A stretch of 24,000 nt of DNA from an uncultured delta proteobacterium (GCA_963802265.1 CAWDIC010000007.1:169608-193607), one strand, 5' to 3'; positions 16,179 to 23,072 are shown, numbered from the stretch's first letter. Notes: a model not told the origin generated them from the sequence alone. A program made the numbers and translations.

Positions 16179-16201
16179 ATGAAATCGCTAAACGATTTTA
16201 T
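16179..16201. repeat. Solo AT-rich hairpin related to DH hairpin 2 (copy 9)
   Basis: ATgAAATCG ctaaa CGATTTTAT, with no GCGAC hairpin next to it. Confidence 0.6.
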
Positions 16202-16269
16202 TTGTGATAATAGGACTACCCAGTTAAAAAACGAAGATTATTCTAAAGTTGAATGATCCGCATTAGAAA

Positions 16270-16312
16270 AAGCGACAACGTCGCGTAATATAAAATCGTG
16301 GAGCGATTTTAT
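16270..16312 (+). repeat. DH element, copy 10, carries the SD and start of the LamG-VanZ gene
   Basis: AA GCGAC aac GTCGC GTAAt ATAAAATCG TGGAG CGATTTTAT G. GGAG lies in the loop, and the A and T of the ATG (16311-16313) lie in the stem. Confidence 0.9.
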
Positions 16313-17455
16313 GAGAACAATCAGGCCTTTGTTTTTGCTAATTATTATTGCGGCAGCCTTATTTATAATGATTGCGTATTTTGGGTTGAGACCCAAGGAT
16401 TTTAACTCAGTAAACCAAGTTAGCTGGCTTGAAGATAAAAATGGAATTCGGGTGGGGAAATATAACCTCTGTTACGCCATTGACCCATTAAAACAAACAA
16501 ATGGAATAATGACATACCCACTGCTTTTACAATAGAAATTGCGCTGAGATCCCAAGGCACACACAAGGATGGGTTTCAATTTATCATGGTCTTTCACAAT
16601 GGAAATGATTCCGAACAGTTGTTAGTCGGTCAATGGCGATCCTCTATCGTTGTCATGAATGGCAATGACTATGCCAATAAGCAAAAAACTCCAAAACTGT
16701 ATATAAAGGAGGGCTTACCGTCTCATAAAACACGCTATTTAACGATAACGACAGGATTAGATGGGACGTGTGTTTACCTTGAGGGCCAACTGGTTAGAAA
16801 GAGACGCAATTTGTTGCTTAAGATACCGACTGGTACTGTCGAAACAACACTCGTTCTGGGCAATTCCGTAAACGGCAGACACCCTTGGAAAGGTGAATTT
16901 TATGGCTTTGTACTATTCCCCTTTCAGTTGAATGCCAAGGATATTGTCATCCACCATGACGAATGGATGAAAAGTAACTCATTTTCCTCTTTTAAGAAAT
17001 ATTCTCCAAGTATTATGTATATGTTCGACGAAAATTCCGGTCATAAAGCGTTAGATCATTCAAGTGGTGGGCACCACCTTAACTTACCGGCCCAATTTCG
17101 CATTTTGCAAAAAGAAATCCTTGGCATCCCTCAACGAACCGACCTAACTACCAAATCATCAATTCAAGATATATTGCTTAACTTATTAGGATTTATTCCC
17201 TTTGCCATCGCTCTAAACGCGGTTTTTTTGCATGCCAACCGATGGACGGCCAAGCATGGCGCCTTATTGACTTTGTTGTTGTGCTTTACCATTAGCCTAT
17301 CCATTGAGCTTATACAGGCTGAAATGCCATCGCGTAGTTCACAACTAATTGATTTAATTTTAAATACATTAGGATCCGGCCTCGGCCTGGTGGTTTTTGG
17401 GCACTGGTATTCAAAGATCACGACGAATAATGAGCGACGCCGTCGCGACATATAA
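16311..17455 (+). CDS. Membrane-anchored LamG/concanavalin-like domain protein with a C-terminal VanZ-like membrane domain; one -1 frameshift about 16510-16585
   Basis: N-terminal TM segment RPLFLLIIIAAALFIMIAYF. LamG-like segment FTIEIALRS...WRSSIVVMNG...LYIKEG...LVLGNSVNGRHPWKGEFYGFVLF. C-terminal hydrophobic VanZ-like segment ...SRSSQLIDLILNTLGSGLGLVVF. Confidence 0.6.
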
Positions 17456-17474
17456 AATCGTTGCACGATTTTAT
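17432..17474 (+). repeat. DH element, copy 11
   Basis: GA GCGAC gcc GTCGC GACAt ATAAAATCG ttgca CGATTTTAT. It encodes the VanZ gene tail (RRRRDI stop) and lies 40 nt upstream of the small ORF. Confidence 0.9.
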
Positions 17475-17514
17475 TGTTTGACAAGATTTTACATATTCCA
17501 TTAGAGTGATAATT

Positions 17515-17712
17515 ATGAAATCAAATACAGAATCCCCACCAAAAAGCTCGAAGAAAGCATCTGGTTGCTCCAAGCGTCGGTCAGGGGCTGACCGACGTCA
17601 GGAATTCATCACGCCCTACATGAATTTTGTTTACAATGGCGATGAAAAACGATCGGATGAAGAGCGCCGCAAAGCTGAGGAACGACGCAAAGAATCGCGA
17701 AAAAAAGAATAA
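17515..17712 (+). CDS. Small (65 aa) highly basic Arg/Lys/Glu-rich protein of unknown function
   Basis: MKSNTESPPKSSKKASGCSKRRSGADRRQEFITPYMNFVYNGDEKRSDEERRKAEERRKESRKKE. It is bracketed by inverted copies of the double-hairpin element. The SD is weak, so coding status is uncertain. Confidence 0.45.
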   Translation: MKSNTESPPKSSKKASGCSKRRSGADRRQEFITPYMNFVYNGDEKRSDEERRKAEERRKESRKKE

Positions 17713-17716
17713 AATC

Positions 17717-17759
17717 ATAAAATCGCACAGCGATTTTATATGTCGCGACGATGCCGCTC
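17717..17759 (-). repeat. DH element, copy 12
   Basis: ATAAAATCG cacag CGATTTTAT atgtc GCGAC gat GCCGC tc. It starts 5 nt after the small-ORF stop and is inverted relative to copy 11. Confidence 0.85.
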
Positions 17760-18044
17760 TTCACGATTGGGAAAAAACCAACAACCATTCAGAATTTTAG
17801 ATTATCTCCAAGGACAAGGCGTCCAACTATTCACTACCTTTTTTATATCTTGCAGCTATGAAGCCTGTTAAGAACCTTTTACTTAGCAAGAAAATGAGTT
17901 GGAACGATACAAAGAAATTGATCGGAAAGGTTTAGGCAGGTGATTGAAAAAAGTTTATGATGGGGAATTAAAAAGAGTCAAATTAAAGGCTTGCGAGTTT
18001 TGCGTTATCGAGGCGTACTAAGTTTGAAATAACCGCGGAACGAA

Positions 18045-18071
18045 GCATAACGCAGAAGTTATGCCTTTTTT
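18045..18071 (+). terminator. Terminator-like hairpin inside a 630-bp non-coding region
   Basis: GCATAAC (18045-18051) pairs with GTTATGC (18058-18064), followed by CTTTTTT. No annotated upstream gene explains it. Confidence 0.45.
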
Positions 18072-18220
18072 AGATAGTTAAATTCATATCGCTTTGTTAT
18101 GGCACTAATAATTAAAGATATGTGTAAATTTATGAGGGGCTTTTTATCAGAGGAATTGATATAAAAGCCATTTAGAAATTTAGATCATGCCCAAGGACAA
18201 GGCATCCCACGTTTTTTAAA

Positions 18221-18401
18221 CGGAGCGTACAGGTGGTACGTGAGTATTGAAAAACTTGGGATAACGCCGTAGTTGAGCATGAGATGAATTTATAAATGGC
18301 ATTTTAGAAGCGGAGCGTGCAAAGTAATACGTGAGTATTGAAAAACACAGAATAACGCCGTGATTGGGTGCGAGGTGGCTTTATAATTGGCTTTTTAGAA
18401 G
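18221..18401. repeat. Two tandem ~90-bp direct repeats
   Basis: Units 18221-18310 and 18311-18401 share CGGAGCGT, ACGTGAGTATTGAAAAAC, ATAACGCCGT and TTTTAGAAG (roughly 70 percent by eye). The second unit overlaps the stop and last codons of the beta-barrel gene. Confidence 0.7.
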
Positions 18402-19775
18402 CGATATTCGTAGGCAGCGGTAATCGAGTTTCGATTGATCAGATTCCCCTCAACACAAATCACCGAATGCCCAGTAAGGTGATATTCAACTCCCCCAAAG
18501 AACCCCCAGTGCTTCTTTTCTTCCAACTCATCTTCATAGCGATATGTTGTAAACGGGGCAGGTAGGTTCTCGAGCTGTCTTCGGGTGGTGGTTTCACGGT
18601 AGTCTAACCAATTGCCCCCCCCAAATACGATCAAACGGGAATATACAATACCGCCTTCCAGTTTGAGCATTATTTCTCGCCAATCAGATGACTTGTGCCA
18701 TTTGTCGCCGGCTTTTGATTTATAATCCTCCTCGAACTGCCCCTTGTGGAAATCGGCCAGAAAAGCAAAGTAAAGCTTAGATGAGGTATAAAAGTCAGTT
18801 TCATACAGGTTTTGGCGCAATCCAAGTCCGTATACATACCTGGGCTCGGAAGATTCGAAGTCATAATTCGCGCCAAAGTCAGCATAAAGCTCCACGAAGT
18901 CGGTTAAACCAAAACGGGCATTGATCGTGGTCATGTGGAAAGAGGCCGGGAAGTCGTTTCTGAAGTCCGTGGTGACAGGAACAGTTGTTCTTCCAGTGTC
19001 CGTTACGCGGATTCGCTTATCAACTTCCGTATCCATTTCAATATAGGAGTGTTTTAGGCTCAAAGCGAATGAACTCTCACGCAGGTTGCGCCCCAGCCCC
19101 CTGTTTAGTTCCTTTATTTTTACAGCTCTTTGTGTTGGCTCGGGCATTTTTGCATCAACGTCGTCCTGGTGTTTGTCTTCGGTGATTTCAGCCGTTGCAG
19201 CCGCCGCCATGGTGGCATTCTGGGGAGAGGATGATGCCATCTCTGAACCGGCGGTTGTCTCTTCCATTGAAGGGGCTTCTGTGTCCACCATTGATGAAGC
19301 GCTGACAGGCGCAATTTTTTCTTTTAAAGGAATCACGGTTCCCTGTTCAGCAACTTCAGGTTTGGGTTTTTCCTGGAACTTATCGAAAAGCAAAGAAGGC
19401 TTGCTAATGATTAGCGCCTGACCCGTAAAAAGCCCCTTTTTCCTTAAATCCAGGGCCGCCGCGTCCGCTTCAGGTCTAGACTTCATAAGGCCCAATGAAA
19501 ACCCTGTTCCAGAATTCGGATTCCGTGACTTCGGTATATCTGATCACGGTTTCATAATTTAAATTTTTCAACTCGTTGGAAAATTTTACGGCCCTGTCTT
19601 CTGTTTTAAACGATCCCACCTGGATGTAGAAAAAATCTCCTTCCGCACAAAAAACTAAAGTCGGGAAAATGCAAAAAAGTGCAAAAAATAAGGATACAAG
19701 TACGGCAACCCAATGCTTTCGCCGAGCACACCTTGATTCGGCCTTTCCGTAAATTAGCCTTTTGATTTTATTCAT
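18395..19775 (-). CDS. Exported SPOR-domain protein fused to a C-terminal outer-membrane beta-barrel; one frameshift about 19476-19495
   Basis: Signal/anchor HWVAVLVSLFFALFCIFPTLVFCAEG. SPOR-like FYIQVGSFKTEDRAVKFSNELKNLNYETVIRY...WNRVFIGPY joins RPEADAAALDLRKKGLFTGQALII. An Ala/Thr/Glu/Ser linker follows, then alternating-pattern strands ending YEYRF. Confidence 0.65.
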
Positions 19776-19837
19776 GATTTCACCTGCAAGGAGAGATTAA
19801 AATATAGATATATATAATTATAATATATTATAGATTA

Positions 19838-19864
19838 ATTATATGTAAATATCAAAAATGTCAA
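19838..19864 (-). promoter_or_regulatory. Candidate sigma-70 promoter for the SPOR/beta-barrel gene
   Basis: The minus strand reads TTGACA (19864-19859), a 15-nt spacer, then TATAAT (19843-19838). The spacer is short, but homopolymer lengths are unreliable here. AGGTGA SD lies 5 nt before ATG 19775. Confidence 0.45.
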
Positions 19865-19867
19865 CAA

Positions 19868-19920
19868 ATAAAATCGCTTTACCATTTTATGCTTCATTGA
19901 AATCGCCCTGGCGATTTCAA
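19868..19920. repeat. Two adjacent hairpins related to DH hairpin 2 (copy 13 plus a variant)
   Basis: ATAAAATCG cttta CcATTTTAT (19868-19890), then TTGAAATCGC cctg GCGATTTCAA (19897-19920, a perfect 10-bp stem). Confidence 0.65.
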
Positions 19921-20103
19921 TTGGGAAAAAAACTACACAAAAAATAGGCAAACTGTTACCTTATTTACCCACTTTTTTGCTATTGAATCCCTCCCAATAT
20001 TACCTCCGATAAATTTATTATTACAAAAAATAAAAAATAACTATGCTCGTTATCACAGAAGAATAAAAAACAGGATGGTTTTGCCGCGATTCCATCTATT
20101 CTT

Positions 20104-20119
20104 TGGCACTTAAGTTGCT
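20104..20119 (+). promoter_or_regulatory. Sigma-54 (-24/-12) promoter TGGCAC-N5-TTGCT
   Basis: ctt TGGCAC ttaag TTGCT tgcc matches the consensus GG/GC elements and spacing exactly. It lies 86 nt upstream of the PEP-CTERM gene start. Confidence 0.7.
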
Positions 20120-20204
20120 TGCCTCCTTGTTAAGCAGCATTTCGCCTAACTGGCTGCTCCTATAAACAAACAATTCAAAATTTACATAAAGAAGGGATCA
20201 GAAT

Positions 20205-20920
20205 ATGCGAAATATACCAAAGATGTTAATCTTTCTTGTGTTAGCAGTTTTTTTATTTGGCTCTAATGCTATTGCAACAACAATTTTAGACCCAAATAAT
20301 GGAGAAAAAAACCTTTACGAAATTTGGAACGAAATTTTCACATTAACTTCTGGCGATTCTTATTACGCTAATAATTCCCAGGATTTATTCGATTCTCCCT
20401 TAGGGCTGCCCGACAATAGTGATGATACCTGGTCTGCTGTAGACGGCCGAGCACAAGCAGCCTATACGTATGCTGGTTATCAACAAAGGCTTGGTTATAC
20501 ATCTACTGGTTGGCACAACCTGGTTATACAATATTCAGATGATGTTGGGATGGGGCCCATACCTTGACGCCGGGTGGTCCGTTTGACCAAGATAGCTTTT
20601 CGTGGGTCGAGGCACTGGAACGGCAGAACTGATGGCAACTGGTATTCTAATGACGCATTAGGTGATGGCTTGGATCATTTTATTGCTATTAAAGTACCTC
20701 AGGCGCTAATTAACACATATTTTTTTGGGGCCTTATTTGAAGAAGGAAGTGTGTGGGTATTGGCTTTTGAAGACTTAAGTTAGGAGATAAAGATTACAAT
20801 GACTTGGTTGCATTAGTAACTAATGTCAGACCGGTCCAAGAGCCAGCGACTATGTTGCTACTTGGCACCGGCCTGATCGGATTAGCAGGCATTGGTAGGA
20901 AAAGGTTTTTAAAGAAATAG
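20205..20920 (+). CDS. Secreted DUF4114-like protein with a PEP-CTERM sorting signal; three frameshifts (about 20560, 20630, 20783)
   Basis: Signal peptide MRNIPKMLIFLVLAVFLFGSNAIA. After frame correction it reads ...PLTPGGPFDQDSFSWVEAL...GNWYSNDALGDGLDHFIAIKV...VWVLAFEDLSLGDKDYNDLVALVTNV. It ends with PATMLLLGTGLIGLAGIGRKRFLKK (PEP motif variant, TM segment, basic tail). Confidence 0.75.
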
Positions 20921-20946
20921 ATCCAAAATAAAATTAATTACAAAAA

Positions 20947-20989
20947 GAAACAGCCCGTTCCAATTTGAAACGGGCTGTTTCTCTTTTGT
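20947..20989 (+). terminator. Intrinsic terminator after the PEP-CTERM gene
   Basis: GAAACAGCCCGTT (20947-20959) pairs perfectly with AACGGGCTGTTTC (20969-20981), followed by TCTTTTGT. Confidence 0.8.
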
Positions 20990-21000
20990 ATATCTTGCGC

Positions 21001-21073
21001 CTTTTTGTGGCTAAGATTATTAAAAATATTTTATTCGGCCATGTCGGCCGAATAATGTCTGCGTGGGTCTGCG
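21001..21073 (+). repeat. Half element E6 (variant)
   Basis: TTTTTGTGGCT is shared with the E2 centre at 5470-5480. Then comes the hairpin TTATTCGGCC atgtc GGCCGAATAA (21031-21055), then GTCTGCG tgg GTCTGCG. Confidence 0.45.
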
Positions 21074-21094
21074 GCTAATAAAAAGCCATCAGCT

Positions 21095-22143
21095 TTATAC
21101 CTTCCGCCCAACACGCCCCGGCGGTCTAATATTCAAATCCGTAATTTTATATAGCAGTGTTTTATAACTAATTTTCAATATTTTGCTGGCCTTGCTCCGA
21201 TTCCAATCGGTCTTATCCAACACATAAGAAATAACCTCTTTTTCAACCTGGTCCACAGCAACCCGTTTGATTTTTTTCAAGGAAAAGGACTTGTTGTCAG
21301 GGGAATTTCGTCCTTCCAGGTCGATCATGTCGGAGATGCTGGCCTGTTTTTTCGATGGGTCTGACCGTCCGGTGTTATTTCTTCGGTTGTTTTAACGCTG
21401 GCTTCGAGTTCATTGACGATTTCATCATGATCTTCAAGAACCAACATTCTTTTTAAAATATTCTGAAGTTCCCGCACATTCCCCGGCCAGTGATAAGCCA
21501 TCAAGCGATCCATTATTGAAGGGCTAAGTTTAACCGGATTTTCGCGATTAAACTGGGAAGAATATTCTTTGGTGTAATAGTCGATCAAGCGGGGAATATC
21601 TTCAGGTCGTTCGCGTAAAGGTTGAATGTAAATTTTGATGATGTTTAGTCGGTAAAACAAATCCTCTCTAAATTTACCTTTTTCGATTTCTATTTCCAAA
21701 TCGTGATTGGTCGCGGCAATGACCCAGGTGTCGGTCGTGAATTCCTTCTCTGAACCTAAAGGCGCAAATTCACCGCTTTGCAGCACGTGCAAAAGTTTGG
21801 ATTGGAGCGGCAACGACATGTCACCGATTTCATCTAAAAATAAAACGCCTTTGTTGGCAAGTTCGAACTTCCCCCGTTTTTTCTGATCCGCACCTGTAAA
21901 AGCGCCCCGTTCATAACCAAACAGTTCACTTTCCAGCAATCCTTCAGGCAAGGCAGCGCAATTGATTTTAATGAACGGTTGCCCTTTGCGAGACGATTTG
22001 TGATAAAGCGTCTGGGCAACCACTTCTTTGCCAACACCGCTTTCACCATAAATAATGGTGTTCAACCCAGTATTGGCAACATGCTCAATAACTTCCTTTA
22101 TTTTTTCAATATTCTTACTTACACCAACAATCGGAGGCCCCAT
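21095..22143 (-). CDS. Sigma-54-dependent transcriptional activator, AAA+ plus Fis-type HTH only (no N-terminal regulatory domain); one frameshift about 21325
   Basis: It starts directly at IVGVSKNIEKIKEVIEHVA..IIYGESGVGKE (Walker A). Also present: GAFTGA loop (ERGAFTGA), LFLDEIG, FREDLFYRLN, WPGNVRELQN and a C-terminal HTH SKASKILKISYKTLLYKI. Confidence 0.85.
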
Positions 22144-22233
22144 AGAAGTTATCCGTATAATTGGAATGGAATCTTTGATATATTATTATTTTTGACAGGA
22201 TTTACAGGATATTAAGCCATAAGCATACTTATA

Positions 22234-22260
22234 ACTAAGTTTCTTCTGAAGAAACTTAGT
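22234..22260. other. 13-bp perfect palindrome between the receiver and activator genes
   Basis: ACTAAGTTTCTTC t GAAGAAACTTAGT lies in the 140-bp spacer between the stop of the receiver gene and the start of the receiver-less activator gene. Confidence 0.6.
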
Positions 22261-22283
22261 ATAAAATAATCTAAATAATCTTG

Positions 22284-22676
22284 TTAATCCTGTCTATTTT
22301 TAAGCGATGTTACTTTGATCCCAATCAGCTTCGCTACCTCATCATCAAGTTCCTGCACCTTAAACGGTTTTTCCAACACCAAATCCGCCTGCACCTCTTT
22401 TGCCAAGGCCCCAGGATGCTCACCATAACCTGTTATCGCAATAACCGGAACATCCGGCCATTTTTTCTTGGCAATCGATATAATGGCAACCCCACTCACA
22501 TGCGGCATGACCAAATCAGTAATGATGGCATCATAATTAGCAGCTTCAGCCTCGATCAGCTTCAACCCATCCAGCCCATTCGCCGCTGCATCAACATCGT
22601 ATTTCTTTTTAAGAAAATAGTTCTTGAGCGAAACCAATATTTCTTCGTTGTCGTCGATGATAAGGAGTTTGGGCAT
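22284..22676 (-). CDS. Stand-alone response-regulator receiver (CheY-like)
   Basis: MPKLLIIDDNEE...AIITDLVMPHVSG...VIAITGYG...EKPF. AGGTG lies 6 nt before ATG 22676. Confidence 0.85.
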   Translation of the reverse strand: MPKLLIIDDNEEILVSLKNYFLKKKYDVDAAANGLDGLKLIEAEAANYDAIITDLVMPHVSGVAIISIAKKKWPDVPVIAITGYGEHPGALAKEVQADLVLEKPFKVQELDDEVAKLIGIKVTSLKNRQD

Positions 22677-22710
22677 ATGGGGCACCTATATCGGTTTTGC
22701 CTTAGATCAA

Positions 22711-22806
22711 TTAGCCGGTTTTGCCAGAGTTGTAGGAAATACCAATTGGTCAGTTGTGTGTTGTCCGTTGTCGTTTGCAGGTTGGCCAGTTTGGCCGGTT
22801 GCAAGC
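22711..22806 (-). repeat. AACTGGCC plus GGACAAC arrays in the leader of the receiver gene
   Basis: The minus strand reads AACCGGCCAAACTGGCCAACCTGCAAACGACAACGGACAACACACAACTGACC ... GGCAAAACCGGCTAA. The order and orientation match those upstream of aroC. Confidence 0.75.
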
Positions 22807-22856
22807 ACGTTGACCATTGAACTATTTTTCACCGATCTCTGTGGAAAAATAAAATG

Positions 22857-22870
22857 TGAAAAATTTTTCA
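22857..22870. promoter_or_regulatory. Perfect 14-bp palindrome TGAAAAATTTTTCA (copy 1), candidate activator binding site
   Basis: Exact palindrome; an identical copy lies 42 bp away. It sits in the divergent region between the receiver gene (-) and the sigma-54 promoter at 23073. Confidence 0.4.
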
Positions 22871-22898
22871 ACAATGGAAAATATTTCGCATATATATA

Positions 22899-22912
22899 TG
22901 AAAAATTTTTCA
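22899..22912. promoter_or_regulatory. Perfect 14-bp palindrome TGAAAAATTTTTCA (copy 2)
   Basis: Identical to 22857-22870. The centre-to-centre distance of 42 bp is about 4 helical turns. Confidence 0.4.
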
Positions 22913-23072
22913 TAATTGCAAGAATTTCATTAAATTTTTTAAGATCGTTACGGGCTATCCCAAAGCAATGTTAGATTTGAGTGAAATTTTATACTAAATA
23001 ATGGTATTGATTTACATAGGTTATCATTTGTGGTAATAAATACAGCCTATTTCCAATTATTTTCTAAGCTAT

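Noticed and set aside
17858-17935. 25-codon ORF MKPVKNLLLSKKMSWNDTKKLIGKV in the non-coding region
   Set aside because: It has no Shine-Dalgarno sequence and no recognisable features. It is probably a chance ORF.
18296-18312. TGGCAT-tttag-AAGCG and TGGCTT-tttag-AAGCG (18389-18405) as sigma-54 promoters driving tandem small RNAs
   Set aside because: The spacing fits, but the -12 element lacks the TTGC context. The second copy would fire antisense into the barrel gene. This is too weak without transcript data.
2167-19920. Double-hairpin copies as a CRISPR array or as integron attC sites
   Set aside because: The copies are irregularly spaced (100 bp to several kb), occur in both orientations and are separated by housekeeping genes. 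I saw no cas or intI gene and no GTTRRRY-type core sites at the element borders.
20565-20567. In-frame TGA inside the PEP-CTERM gene as a possible selenocysteine codon
   Set aside because: The protein sequence is recovered continuously by two compensating frameshifts around 20560-20630 (PLTPGGPFDQDSFSWVEAL in the alternate frame). No SECIS-like hairpin follows the TGA.
22797-22813. Minus-strand sigma-54-like promoter TGGTCA-acgtgc-TTGCA upstream of the receiver gene
   Set aside because: The GG-to-GC spacing is one base too long and the -24 element is imperfect. Given the indel-prone sequence it may be real, but it cannot be supported as it stands.
22281-22974. Plus-strand ORFs 22281..22820 (179 aa) and 22624..22974 (116 aa)
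   Set aside because: They are antisense to the well-supported receiver gene and read through the low-complexity AACTGGCC/GGACAAC arrays. No motifs are present.
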